Assembly (NCBI GenBank): GCA_021812985.1
Contig: JAKAMG010000008.1
Coordinates: forward strand, 9,681 to 73,680
Reading direction: 5' to 3'
DNA from: Bacteroidota bacterium
Lineage (GTDB): Bacteria > Bacteroidota > Ignavibacteria > Kryptoniales > JAKASW01
Length of the DNA stretch: 64,000 nt
Positions 33,634 to 43,450 of this stretch are shown piece after piece. The first letter of the stretch is position 1. Every line of letters starts with the position of its first letter. The position numbers and the translations under genes were made by a program. Under the pieces are notes generated by a model, which ran no database searches, was not told the DNA's origin, and was given only the letters and a program-made list of their open reading frames with translations.

Positions 33634-35187
33634 ATGATTACCGCGGCAATCGCGATACTCTGTAGCGCGGCGGCATTCTTCGCCGGCTGGTACATCCAAG
33701 AGACGGTCACCAAGAAAAAGCTCGGGACCGTCGAAGAGAGGACGAAACAAATCCTCGAAACAGCCGAACGCGAAGCGAGCGCCATCAAGAAGGAAAAGCT
33801 GATCGAAGTCAAGGATGAATGGATAAAGAAGAGACAGGAACTCGACAACGATTTCAATGCGAAGCAGAAGCGGATACAAAACATCGAGCGCCAGCTCACA
33901 ACGAAGGAGGAAAACCTCGACCGCAAGGCCGAATCTCTGAGACAGCAGGAAAAATCAGTACGCTCTCTCGAGACGGAACTCCGTGAAAAGAGCAGGGCAA
34001 TCCAGTTGAAGGAGGCTGAGGCTGAGAGGCTCGTACACCTCCAGACGGAAAAACTCGAGAGCCTGGCAGGGGTTTCGCGAGAGGACGCGAAGAAGCTCCT
34101 CATAGAAAACCTGACTAACGAGGCGCGGAGCGAAGCCTCACTCGAGATAAGAGAGATACGCGAAAAAGCCCGCGTCGAAGCGAAGAAAGAGGCCCAGAAA
34201 CTGATAGTCCAGGCGATTCAGCGCACCGCGGCCGACCACTCGGTCGAGACAACTGTCAGCGTCGTGAGCCTCCCAAACGAGGAGATGAAGGGAAGAATTA
34301 TCGGACGCGAAGGGAGAAATATCCGCTCTTTCGAAGCCGTGACGGGATGCGACATAATCGTTGACGACACCCCAGACGCCGTAGTCATTTCCGGCTTCGA
34401 TCCATTCAGGCGGGAGATCGCTAAGAGCGCGCTCGAGAGGTTGATATCGGACGGACGCATTCACCCGACGAAGATCGAGGAGATTGTCGAGAAAGTCAAA
34501 AGCGAGCTCGAGGAAGAGATAGTTCAGATCGGCGAGGATGCGCTTCTCGAAGTAGGCATACACGGAGTTCATCCCGAGATTGTAAAGATGCTCGGAAGAA
34601 TGAAGTACCGCTCAAGCTATGGACAGAACGTTCTCCAGCATAGCATCGAGGTAGCGTTCCTGAGCGGCCTCATGGCGGTCGAGCTCGGACTGGACTCTAC
34701 GCTCGCCAAGAGAGCGGGACTCTTCCACGATCTCGGCAAGGTTGTCGACAAGAACGTCGAGGGTCCGCACGCCCTTCTCGGATACGACGTGGCCAAGAAG
34801 TTTGGAGAGAATCCGGTGGTGTCGAACGCGATCGGCGCGCACCATGAGGACATTGAGATGGAGACACCGATAGCGGCGATCGTCCAGGCCGCAGACGCGA
34901 TCAGCGGCGCGAGGCCGGGGGCGAGGCGCGAATCGCTCGAGGGCTATGTCAAGCGCCTCGAAAAACTCGAGAGTATCGCAAATTCATTCTCAGGGGTCGG
35001 CAAGACATACGCGATCCAGGCAGGACGCGAAGTGCGCGTAATCGTCGAACCCGAGAAGGTGAACGATAATTTCGCTGACCAGCTTTCCCACGAGATCTCG
35101 CAGAAGATTCAGGAACAAATGGAGTATCCGGGGCAAATAAAGGTTACCGTTATCCGCGAAGTCAGAAGCATTTCTTATGCAAAGTAA
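33634..35187 (+). CDS. rny: Ribonuclease Y
   Basis: 517 aa. N-terminal TM, long coiled coil, KH domain ([15 protein letters not shown]) and HD domain (VLQHSIEVA...FHDLGK...HH). Confidence 0.95.
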   Translation: MITAAIAILCSAAAFFAGWYIQETVTKKKLGTVEERTKQILETAEREASAIKKEKLIEVKDEWIKKRQELDNDFNAKQKRIQNIERQLTTKEENLDRKAESLRQQEKSVRSLETELREKSRAIQLKEAEAERLVHLQTEKLESLAGVSREDAKKLLIENLTNEARSEASLEIREIREKARVEAKKEAQKLIVQAIQRTAADHSVETTVSVVSLPNEEMKGRIIGREGRNIRSFEAVTGCDIIVDDTPDAVVISGFDPFRREIAKSALERLISDGRIHPTKIEEIVEKVKSELEEEIVQIGEDALLEVGIHGVHPEIVKMLGRMKYRSSYGQNVLQHSIEVAFLSGLMAVELGLDSTLAKRAGLFHDLGKVVDKNVEGPHALLGYDVAKKFGENPVVSNAIGAHHEDIEMETPIAAIVQAADAISGARPGARRESLEGYVKRLEKLESIANSFSGVGKTYAIQAGREVRVIVEPEKVNDNFADQLSHEISQKIQEQMEYPGQIKVTVIREVRSISYAK

Positions 35188-35866
35188 GAATACACACGAA
35201 CGGAAGAAAAACGTCAGACGAGTAATCTCCTCTTCACCTGCCGCGGCAGAAGGGCCATTGAAAGTAGGTTTGACGGGGAACATCGGGAGCGGCAAGTCGA
35301 CCGCAGTCCGGTTCTTCCAGGAGCTTGGGGTCCCCACCTTCGATACAGACAGTATAGGGCACGCCCTCCTCGATTCTGACAGGAACGTTCAAAGAAGGAT
35401 CGTGGATACATTCGGCAATCGGGTGATCGAAGACGGGATCATAAGCCGGCGGAAACTTGGACAGATTGTGTTCGCCGACCATGATAAGCGGAGAAAGCTC
35501 GAGAGCATCCTGCATCCGGCAATAATTTCTGCCGTCGAGTCGCGAATCAGCGCTCTTGGCTCGCACCATTATGCGCTCGTCGAGGTTCCTCTTCTGTACG
35601 AGGCCGAGCTTTCACACCACTTCGACTACGTGATACTTGTAAAGTCGGAGAAAGAGAGAGCCGTCGCCCGGGCGTCGTCCCGGCTCGGCCTTACCAGGGA
35701 CGAGGTGCTGAAGCGCCTGGATAGTCAAATTCCCCAGACCGAGAAGGAAAAGCTGGCCGATTTCGTCGTCGCAAATGATGGAACTGAGGAGGATCTTAGG
35801 TCAAGGGTGAATATCCTTCACGCCATCATCTCCACCCTCCGGCGGGATGGCCCGACGGACGACTGA
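35177..35866 (+). CDS. coaE: Dephospho-CoA kinase
   Basis: Contains [13 protein letters not shown] (P-loop). The longest ORF starts at 35177 and overlaps rny. The family N-terminus suggests the real start may be TTG at 35258 ([14 protein letters not shown]). Confidence 0.85.
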   Translation: MQSKNTHERKKNVRRVISSSPAAAEGPLKVGLTGNIGSGKSTAVRFFQELGVPTFDTDSIGHALLDSDRNVQRRIVDTFGNRVIEDGIISRRKLGQIVFADHDKRRKLESILHPAIISAVESRISALGSHHYALVEVPLLYEAELSHHFDYVILVKSEKERAVARASSRLGLTRDEVLKRLDSQIPQTEKEKLADFVVANDGTEEDLRSRVNILHAIISTLRRDGPTDD

Positions 35867-35938
35867 ATCGCTTTTGGCGACGTACCACCATTTCATTCCA
35901 TTTCCCTGGTAGACGACCCGTCCGAACGGGATAGTTCG

Positions 35939-35949
35939 CCCCCCCCCCC
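35939..35949. repeat. C11 homopolymer tract in the coaE-dapF spacer
   Basis: Eleven consecutive C residues counted directly, about 93 nt upstream of the dapF ATG. An A8 run follows at about 35983. Confidence 0.9.
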
Positions 35950-36041
35950 AAAGAGCGCACCCGGCCCGAATTCTTCCAAAAAAAAGTTGCTGTTTCGGCG
36001 CTCCGTAAGCGGCGACATATTCTTATATTATAAACGATCCT

Positions 36042-36911
36042 ATGATTGAACTTGATTTCACAAAAATGCACGGAGCCGGAAACGACTTCGTGGTGATAAA
36101 TGATTTTGAAGGCTCGCTTAGAGTCGATCTTCCCACACTGGCACAGGTCCTATGCGGAAGGGGATTCGGGATTGGCGCAGACGGTCTCCTCGTCCTCAGA
36201 AAGAGGGCCGGGTATGACTTTGAAATGATATACCTGAACTCAGACGGGAGTGAAGGGGGAATGTGCGGCAATGGCGGGAGATGCATTTCGCGGTTCGCCG
36301 TGCTGAACGGAGTCTGTGGGTCTCCCATGAAATTTATCGCCCACGGTGGAGAATATTCCGCCGAGGTTATCAGTGACCGCGCGGTCAGGCTCCACTTCCC
36401 CGATCCGGATAAGATTGTTCCGTCACTGGAGATACCGCTTGGCCCCCGCCGCTTCGGCGCCACATACGTCCACCCCAACACCGATCATACCGTAATAACG
36501 AGCGGCGAGGCTTTCGAGAAAGTGGACACCGCAGACCTCAACGGTATTGCCCGGAAGGTCAGATTTAATCTCGAGCTCTTTCCGAAGGGGACAAACGTGA
36601 ATCTCATAGAGAAGCAGGGACACAACGCGATTCGCATGAGGACCTACGAGCGCGGAGTGGAGGACGAAACGCTTGCTTGTGGAACCGGAGCAGTCGCCAG
36701 CGCGATTACGGCCAGCCTCAGATACGGCATGACGTCGCCTGTCGAAATCAAGACAAGCGGCGGAGAGACGCTCAGCGTGTATTTCGAGAGGGAGGGAGAG
36801 AACTTCACAAATCTCGTCCTTGAAGGTGCGGCAACAGTCGTCTTTAAAAGCAAAGTCGCTTACGACGAAAACAATCGGAAGATCGTGGATCTTGGACAGA
36901 CAGCGGTTTGA
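36042..36911 (+). CDS. dapF: Diaminopimelate epimerase
   Basis: 289 aa. Contains FTKMHGAGNDFVVI, NSDGSEGGMCGNGGRC and ACGTGAVAS (two catalytic Cys motifs). Confidence 0.92.
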   Translation: MIELDFTKMHGAGNDFVVINDFEGSLRVDLPTLAQVLCGRGFGIGADGLLVLRKRAGYDFEMIYLNSDGSEGGMCGNGGRCISRFAVLNGVCGSPMKFIAHGGEYSAEVISDRAVRLHFPDPDKIVPSLEIPLGPRRFGATYVHPNTDHTVITSGEAFEKVDTADLNGIARKVRFNLELFPKGTNVNLIEKQGHNAIRMRTYERGVEDETLACGTGAVASAITASLRYGMTSPVEIKTSGGETLSVYFEREGENFTNLVLEGAATVVFKSKVAYDENNRKIVDLGQTAV

Positions 36912-37263
36912 AACACTGGTGGAAAGAGCCTTCGAAGAGCTCCCTGAAGAGTTCAAGTCTCGCATCGAGAACGTGCACGTGGTGATCGAGGAGCTACCCG
37001 ATTCATCGGACCTAAGAGGGACGCGCACTCGAAATCCGTTCGGGCTGCTCGGCGTCTACAGAGGTGTGCCGTTGAACAAAAGAGGGCCGGACTATGGAGT
37101 CTATCCCGTTTTGCCGGACAGGATAAAACTGTTCCGCGAAAACATCGAGCGCGACTGTCGCTCCGATAGTGAGGTCGAGGAGAGAATCCGGGAAGTGCTC
37201 ATACACGAGATAGCACACTATTTTGGCATGACAGACAAGGAAATTAGGAAGGCCGGTTACTGA
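36892..37263 (+). CDS. Zinicin-like metallopeptidase family protein (DUF1025-like)
   Basis: HEIAHYFGM metal-binding motif near the C-terminus. The start is set at TTG 36892 because the family begins near FE.LV..A...LP..F. The track ORF (36820) would overlap dapF by 92 nt. Confidence 0.65.
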   Translation: MDRQRFETLVERAFEELPEEFKSRIENVHVVIEELPDSSDLRGTRTRNPFGLLGVYRGVPLNKRGPDYGVYPVLPDRIKLFRENIERDCRSDSEVEERIREVLIHEIAHYFGMTDKEIRKAGY

Positions 37264-37264
37264 T

Positions 37265-37837
37265 TTGGAGACTCTCCTCCGGCAATACGGATATCTATTG
37301 ATATTCATCGTGACTCTCTTCGAGGGAGAGACAATACTCGTCATTGCCGGTATACTGGCACACCAGGGTCTTCTCAACATCGAGCTCTCGATACTCTCCG
37401 CCTTTCTCGGGTCGGTCATAGGCGACCAGATGTTCTTCCAACTTGCCCGTCAGGAAGGGTACGATTTCGTAAAGAAATTCAAATACGTCTCGTCGGTTCT
37501 GCCGCGCGCAAAGCGTCTCGTGGAAAGATTCGACATTTACATAGTCCTTTTCGCCAGGTACATATACGGACTTAGGACAGCCCTCATCGTCGTCTGCGGT
37601 CTGGCGAAAATGCCCCGTCTAAAGTTTACTATTTACAATGTTATCGCCGGTTTAATTTGGGCTGTTTCTTATGGGTTTCTTGGTTATTTTTTCAGCGAAG
37701 CCATCGGTTCGGTTGCCGGGCTGGGAAAGATTGAACTCGTCATTGCGATCGCGATCGCCGTTGCGGCGCTTATTTATTGGATTGTAAGGACTGCCAATTC
37801 CAAACCGGTGTCCGATGAACCAAAACAGGAGGAATAA
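37265..37837 (+). CDS. DedA-family membrane protein
   Basis: 190 aa. YGYLLIFIVTLFEGETILVIAG and RYIYGLRTALIVVCG are typical of DedA/SNARE-associated proteins. Confidence 0.8.
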   Translation: METLLRQYGYLLIFIVTLFEGETILVIAGILAHQGLLNIELSILSAFLGSVIGDQMFFQLARQEGYDFVKKFKYVSSVLPRAKRLVERFDIYIVLFARYIYGLRTALIVVCGLAKMPRLKFTIYNVIAGLIWAVSYGFLGYFFSEAIGSVAGLGKIELVIAIAIAVAALIYWIVRTANSKPVSDEPKQEE

Positions 37838-38125
37838 ATGTCGAAAGTTCTACTGGAGATCAACTACGAGCTGCAGCCTTCAAAGCGCGAAGAGTATATG
37901 AAATTGATTAGGGAACTGAAGTCGGGGTACGAGTCCTCCGGCATCGCGAAGCTTGAGGTTTATGAGGTTCAAGGGGCACCGAACAACTTCATGGAGATTT
38001 ACACCTTTCCGAGCGAGGAGGCCTTTCAAAACGCCGACGACAGCGCCTTTGACGAAACCGTCGTAAAGATCAACGATTGCCTGGTGCCGGACAAGATAAA
38101 GTCTTATACCCTGCACCAGATATAA
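37838..38125 (+). CDS. Small cytoplasmic protein, unknown function
   Basis: 95 aa. The ATG abuts the DedA stop. No motif recognised. Confidence 0.5.
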   Translation: MSKVLLEINYELQPSKREEYMKLIRELKSGYESSGIAKLEVYEVQGAPNNFMEIYTFPSEEAFQNADDSAFDETVVKINDCLVPDKIKSYTLHQI

Positions 38126-38131
38126 AGATGA

Positions 38132-39373
38132 ATGACTCTCACCGCAGTAGTCATTTTTTCTTTCACTTACATTACTATCTCGGCACAGAGATTATCGTTT
38201 CTACGCTTAGATAGGACATCGGGGGCCATGATAGGGGCGGTCGCAATGATCGCCTTCGGGGTTCTCTCCATCAGCGACGCGTACCAGGCGCTCAATCTGG
38301 ACACGATTGTACTTCTTCTCGGGATGATGATAATCGTGGCATATCTGAAGCGCGCCGGCTTTTTCGATATCGTGGCCAATTACGTCCTCAAGTTCGCGCG
38401 TTCGGGAAACGGGCTCCTTATGACAATAATCATTTCGAGCGGAATCATGTCCGCGTTATTCGTCAACGACACTGTGTGCATCATGATGACCCCGTTCGTC
38501 CTTCTTCTGACGGCGCGCTCGAAGATAGACCCCAAGCCTTTTCTCCTGGCGCTTGTCTCGAGCGCGAACATCGGAAGCGTCGCGACTCTTGTCGGGAACC
38601 CTCAGAACATGCTCATCGGCACTTTTTCCGGCTGGCCATACCTGAAATTTTTCCTCGCGATGCTCCCGGTCGCCATCGCGGGGCTCGCCATCGATTTCTT
38701 AGCGCTTCGGTGGTTCTTCAAAAACAGTCTGAGTCAGCCACTTCAGGGCTACGAATTTGAAAGGCGCGGAGGAGTGGACAAGATCCTCCTTTACAAGTCG
38801 ATGGCGGTGACAGCGATCGTCGTAATCGGATTCTCGGCTGGAGTAAGGCTGGCCTTCATGGCCATACTCGGGGCATCGCTCCTCGTGCTGATAGCAAACA
38901 GACGTCCTGATGAAATGTTCGCGGAGGTGAATTGGTCCCTCCTTCTCTTCTTCGCGAGTCTCTTCGTCGTCGTCGCCGGAATTAACAAAGTGGGACTCGT
39001 CGACGACGCGCACTCCCTCCTCCAGAGATATTCATCCTTTTCACTTTACGGCCAGGCGACGATTTTCTCCTTCGCATCTCTCATCCTGTCAAACGTCGTC
39101 TCCAACGTCCCCTACGTGATGGTGGTACAGCACTGGATATCCGCTTTCACTTCGCCAATGTTGATGTGGCTCGTGCTCGCAATGAGTTCCACTTTTGCCG
39201 GAAATCTGACGGTGGCGGGTTCCGTGGCGAACATGATAGTCCTTGAACTCTCCAAGGAGAGCGCGCCTTTCAGATTTTGGGAATTCACCAAAGTGAGCGG
39301 GACCATCGCATTGCTGACCTGGGGGATCGGGACGCTCATACTTGCAGGGTATGGAGCCTTAATCCACTTCTGA
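38132..39373 (+). CDS. ArsB/NhaD (CitMHS-like) superfamily anion/ion transporter
   Basis: 413 aa with about 10-12 TM. The N-terminal region ...LDRTSGAMIGAVAMIAFGVLS...LDTIVLLLGMMIIVAYL and GNPQNMLIG are typical of this permease superfamily. Confidence 0.7.
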   Translation: MTLTAVVIFSFTYITISAQRLSFLRLDRTSGAMIGAVAMIAFGVLSISDAYQALNLDTIVLLLGMMIIVAYLKRAGFFDIVANYVLKFARSGNGLLMTIIISSGIMSALFVNDTVCIMMTPFVLLLTARSKIDPKPFLLALVSSANIGSVATLVGNPQNMLIGTFSGWPYLKFFLAMLPVAIAGLAIDFLALRWFFKNSLSQPLQGYEFERRGGVDKILLYKSMAVTAIVVIGFSAGVRLAFMAILGASLLVLIANRRPDEMFAEVNWSLLLFFASLFVVVAGINKVGLVDDAHSLLQRYSSFSLYGQATIFSFASLILSNVVSNVPYVMVVQHWISAFTSPMLMWLVLAMSSTFAGNLTVAGSVANMIVLELSKESAPFRFWEFTKVSGTIALLTWGIGTLILAGYGALIHF

Positions 39374-39536
39374 AGAACCAGGGCTGGCGGTGATCAAGAG
39401 AGCCCCTTCTCTTTTTTTGTATTAACCTTCCTCGAAGTACTCAAGCATCGAGATAAAATGTCGATATAGTATAACAAGGCCCGACCAAGTGTCCGGGCAG
39501 GATATTCTCATTCATTCTACAAAAGAAGGAGGAATT

Positions 39537-39770
39537 ATGGGAATAAGTCCGCTAAGCACGACCAGCTCCGCGACTCAAACAGGGGCGACAGCCTCGAAGA
39601 GTTCGGACAACTCTTCCGGGAGCACGACTTCAGCTTCTGGCTCGAAGAAGGACTCGGTCTTAATCTCTCAGAAGGCCAAAGATCTCGCCGCACTTCAGGC
39701 GGGTCAGTCATCTCAGGAAGACTTGACAGAATCTGTTGCTGCCAAACAGGCAGAGGGAGATAACTCCTAA
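39537..39770 (+). CDS. Small Ser/Thr-rich acidic protein with a weak FlgM-like motif
   Basis: The ATG at 39537 follows the strong Shine-Dalgarno AAGGAGGA. 77 aa, low complexity (STTSSATQTGATASKSSDNSSGSTTSASGS), then KKDSVLISQKAKDLAAL, reminiscent of the D.V.IS..A segment of FlgM. The typical FlgM C-terminal half is absent. Confidence 0.45.
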   Translation: MGISPLSTTSSATQTGATASKSSDNSSGSTTSASGSKKDSVLISQKAKDLAALQAGQSSQEDLTESVAAKQAEGDNS

Positions 39771-39796
39771 TCTGAGACCACAAATATCAGATAAAG

Positions 39797-39823
39797 AAAA
39801 AGGAGGCCCGCGCCTCCTTTTTC
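39797..39823. terminator. Bidirectional intrinsic terminator
   Basis: AAAAAGGAGGC-CCGC-GCCTCCTTTTT lies between convergent genes. Confidence 0.75.
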
Positions 39824-39884
39824 ATTTAAAGCCGTCTCCCCTGGAATCCGGGAAGCCCTTCTAACCAGGCGCAATTCAAACGGT

Positions 39885-40670
39885 TCATCTGGTAAGAAGC
39901 GGTTTCTGGTTGAAGTCGAAGCTGAAAGTCGTCGCCCCTATCGGAATATAAAGGGTGATGCTTCCGGCGTCCTTGTCCACCGGAATCCGCAGGTTTCCTC
40001 CGATAGCGCTCCCCGGAAAAAGCGTCGTCTTGCGGAGCATTGCATTCGCCCAATAGGCCCGCTGCTCAGCAATGCTGGTCGACTGAATGGAGTAGTTCTC
40101 GTTGTTCTCAGTCTGGGACCGGGAAACCTCCCTCCTGTTCCTCTCTTCCTGATGCCGCTCTTCCCTAGTCTTGTTCTGGCCGATCGTTGAGACAGCTCCG
40201 ACAATGTTGAGAATTGCCGCAGCCGAGTTAAGCCCTGTCTGGTTCGCATATGCCGCGCTTGCCTGGGCCTGCTGTCTGTCCAGTGCCTGGAGCTCACTTT
40301 CCGGATCGAGGGCATGGACTATATCCGTTCGGTTCACAGTGTCATAAGTAACGCGCATCGTCTCGTAATCCGTGACGGGACCAATCATATTAACGTGTCC
40401 GGCATAGTAAATTTTCTCAGGCGCGACCAGGACAGTATCTGAACCGAGGTTACCGACCACAGCGTAGAAAGTCATTGTCCTGTTGATTTCATTCTCGAAG
40501 GCAACTGACACCGTGATGCTGTCCTTAGTTTCAGAGACATATTCCCGCCCCGAGTACCAGACCGTGTTTGGGGCGGTAGGTGTTGCATGAAAGAGCATCT
40601 CTGGTTCGGCACATCCCCAAAGAAGCGCCGCCATGACAAAAGCCCCAATAGCAATAATCGAGTGCCGCAT
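39885..40670 (-). CDS. Lipoprotein, unknown function
   Basis: The start is at ATG 40670 after GGAGGA. MRHSIIAIGAFVMAALLWGC carries a lipobox (LWGC). 261 aa with no recognised domain. Confidence 0.6.
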   Translation of the reverse strand: MRHSIIAIGAFVMAALLWGCAEPEMLFHATPTAPNTVWYSGREYVSETKDSITVSVAFENEINRTMTFYAVVGNLGSDTVLVAPEKIYYAGHVNMIGPVTDYETMRVTYDTVNRTDIVHALDPESELQALDRQQAQASAAYANQTGLNSAAAILNIVGAVSTIGQNKTREERHQEERNRREVSRSQTENNENYSIQSTSIAEQRAYWANAMLRKTTLFPGSAIGGNLRIPVDKDAGSITLYIPIGATTFSFDFNQKPLLTR

Positions 40671-40866
40671 GTATCCTCCGAAATGTCTGCAATAACATGG
40701 ACGATGCAAAGCGCAGTTCGTTCATTCCCCCTTCGGTCATTCAGGCCGTGTCCGTGAACTGAGCCCGGAACGCCCTCTTAAAGTGGCCGGGAAATATCGT
40801 CAAGGCGCCGGCCGAAATCAATGGATCTAACACACCTTCACGGCCAATGATGCAGCGGCAGAATAG

Positions 40867-42429
40867 TCATAGTCCGAACGCTGTCAGATTCCCAGACTCA
40901 TCGGTAATATATAAGACCCCCTTTGCGAGTATCGGACTTTCCCAGTGAACGTTTCCTATCTTTGTGTCGTGCCAGAGAAGCCTCCCCGTTCTCGGGTTCA
41001 GCGCCCTTATGTTGTGGCTTCCTGCACAGTATAGGACGTTGTTGGCGACTATTGGGGAACTCCCCTCGTCATCGTTCTGCCAGACTTTCTCAAGGAACGG
41101 CATTCCATGCCTGTCAACGTGGAGCTCAAGCGCTGAAAGCCCGCTGTATGTGGCCACGAATACCCACGTTGATTTGTCTGCCGGGTCGACCCAGACGGCG
41201 GGCTGCGTGAACACCATCCCTCCCTGCGGGACGTCGACAAGCCTCCCTATTTCGCCTCCCGAGTGACCTGGACCATGACGTCCGCTCAGGTCGCCGAGGT
41301 TAACAAGCCGGAGTTTCATGTCCTTCCCTCCCTGCACGGCGAGGTTGCGTACACGGCAATTCTCAGGAGTGGGGAGAATTGCGGGAGCAGTGCTTCCCAA
41401 GTCGAGGTCTGCCCTGTTCAGATAAGTATGATTTGAAGGAGTGTATGAATCCACCGGATTACCTCCTTCCCCCGTGCCATCAGGGTTCAGCGAGAATATC
41501 GTATCACCCCAGTCATGTGACTTCGGATCGAAAGGCCCGTTGCCGGTGACCATGTAAACTCTGTTGGTCACTGGATCATAAACCACTCCAGGCCTTGACC
41601 AGATTGCACTTTGGACGGCGGAACAGTCAGGCTGACCCGGCTTCTGCACGAAATGAATTGCTCTTTCGCTGCCGTTGGCATTGAAGACGTGCTGGTCTCC
41701 GGTTCTGAGATTGATCGTAGTGACATGGCCCTGGTAGTCCCCCCTGTCTCCCAAGTAACCGCCGTTAGTCACATAGAGATAAGATGTCCCGTCTGTGCTC
41801 GTGGCGGTCGAAAGCGCAGAAGACCCCTTCTCGTTGAAAGGTTTTAGGGTACAAAGCTCCGGCCACCTTCCGGTCTTCACTTCTTCTCCGCTGGCAACAT
41901 CGAACTTGTGTACATACCCGTCGAGGCCGTAGCCGTAAACATATTTTAAATCAGGATCGATAGCGGGAGACGATGTAGTATAGATTGGCTGGCGACCGTT
42001 ATTGATTCGGTAATCACCCGGACCGTACTGATGTTCCCAGACCGTACTTCCATTCGCAGCGTTGAGCGCCACAATATGGCCATCTCTCGTAGTGACGAAG
42101 ATGAGATCCGACGCTCCAATGGAGGTCTTAACCCCGCTCAAATAGACAGGCGCACCGTCCGCGACATCAGGGAGTGACACTCGAAAGAGTTGGTGGAGTT
42201 TTCGGACGTTGCCCCTGGATATAGCGGACTCTTCGGTATTATTTCCGCTGTGTTCCTGGTCAAAATTGAACTGCGGCCAGCTGAAAGACTTGCCGCCATG
42301 AGATCCTTTAGCGGGCACCTCTCGCGCAACCGAGGGCCGCGTTACGACGAAAAAGAAAATCGCGACAATGACCGCCGTCGAAAACAACGCCAGTTGTCTT
42401 TTGGTGTCGGCGAAACCTACTGCCGTCAT
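40867..42429 (-). CDS. PQQ-like beta-propeller repeat protein with N-terminal membrane anchor
   Basis: 520 aa. Contains repeated ...G.V.A.N..tG...W motifs (HIVALNAANGSTVWEH, IRALNPRTGRLLWHD, LYITDESGNLTAF) typical of PQQ/BamB-like propellers. Confidence 0.65.
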   Translation of the reverse strand: MTAVGFADTKRQLALFSTAVIVAIFFFVVTRPSVAREVPAKGSHGGKSFSWPQFNFDQEHSGNNTEESAISRGNVRKLHQLFRVSLPDVADGAPVYLSGVKTSIGASDLIFVTTRDGHIVALNAANGSTVWEHQYGPGDYRINNGRQPIYTTSSPAIDPDLKYVYGYGLDGYVHKFDVASGEEVKTGRWPELCTLKPFNEKGSSALSTATSTDGTSYLYVTNGGYLGDRGDYQGHVTTINLRTGDQHVFNANGSERAIHFVQKPGQPDCSAVQSAIWSRPGVVYDPVTNRVYMVTGNGPFDPKSHDWGDTIFSLNPDGTGEGGNPVDSYTPSNHTYLNRADLDLGSTAPAILPTPENCRVRNLAVQGGKDMKLRLVNLGDLSGRHGPGHSGGEIGRLVDVPQGGMVFTQPAVWVDPADKSTWVFVATYSGLSALELHVDRHGMPFLEKVWQNDDEGSSPIVANNVLYCAGSHNIRALNPRTGRLLWHDTKIGNVHWESPILAKGVLYITDESGNLTAFGL

Positions 42430-42616
42430 GGTTCACTCCTTCTTTGTATCTGGAAGAACATGACAGGCCGGAATTTAGTTGCACATAAGATGCGCGCCCA
42501 CGGATAAGCGTATCAGGCGGAAACGGCGCGCAACTTCGCTATGACAAATCTCGTGGGATGTGCCAATGTTGAGACTATTTAATACTGGCGGCCGGAGTTC
42601 AGCGCCGATCCAAGCT

Positions 42617-43450
42617 CTACTCTCCGCCGATGTTTATAGTGTCTACCTTATCGTACGTCTTGGTCGTATCGCTTACCATCGGGGTGACCAATATGCTGAC
42701 CCTGCGGTTGGAAAAATCATAGGGATGCTCCGGATCTCTCAATTTCCTGTCACCGTAACCGCGAACTTCCATGACCTGCTTCTGACGCAAGCCGCCATCC
42801 TGCATGATCCTGCGGGCGGAGTTCGCCCTGTCAGCACTAAGTTCCCAGTTCGTGTAATCAGTCCTCACATACGGACGGGCATCCGTATATCCTTCTATTA
42901 TTATTTGGTTCGGCAGAGTCGAGAGTTCCTTGGCTATCATCTTCAGAAGCGTGACGGTCTCCGGTTTCACCTGAGCGCTTCCAACGTCGAAGAATAATCC
43001 CTGCGCGTTCTCTATCAACTCTATGCGCAGTCCTTCCTTTGAAACCGTGATCTTTATTTGGTCGGTAAACTTCTTGAATTCCGGGGTGGACTGGATCATG
43101 TTCTTCAGTTTCTCCCCTTCCTTCTTGAGTGTCATCATCTGAGAGGTCTGATTGTCGACGGGAATTCCCGCCTTGCTCATGCTCTCATTGTGAACGGGGA
43201 CGAGGCCTCCGGACATTGCGCCGGAGCGGGTCTCCTCGTTGAACGCCCCAGGGTCCCTGAAGTACTGCGCGACGTATGACTTGACCTGCTTGCTCTGCCC
43301 TACAATCCAGAGCACGATGAAGAGTGACATCATGGCCGTCACGAAATCAGCGTATGCGACCTTCCACGCACCGCCATGACTACCGCCGTGCGCGACCTTC
43401 TTTTTCTTGATTACATTTATGGTGGGACGGCCATCTTCTCCCATGCTCAT
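42617..43450 (-). CDS. motB: Flagellar motor stator protein MotB (OmpA-like C-terminal domain)
   Basis: 277 aa. HGGAWKVAYADFVTAMMSLFIVLWIV carries the conserved plug/TM Asp. The C-terminus is OmpA-like (IEGYTDARP...NWELSADRANSARR). Confidence 0.85.
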   Translation of the reverse strand: MSMGEDGRPTINVIKKKKVAHGGSHGGAWKVAYADFVTAMMSLFIVLWIVGQSKQVKSYVAQYFRDPGAFNEETRSGAMSGGLVPVHNESMSKAGIPVDNQTSQMMTLKKEGEKLKNMIQSTPEFKKFTDQIKITVSKEGLRIELIENAQGLFFDVGSAQVKPETVTLLKMIAKELSTLPNQIIIEGYTDARPYVRTDYTNWELSADRANSARRIMQDGGLRQKQVMEVRGYGDRKLRDPEHPYDFSNRRVSILVTPMVSDTTKTYDKVDTINIGGE

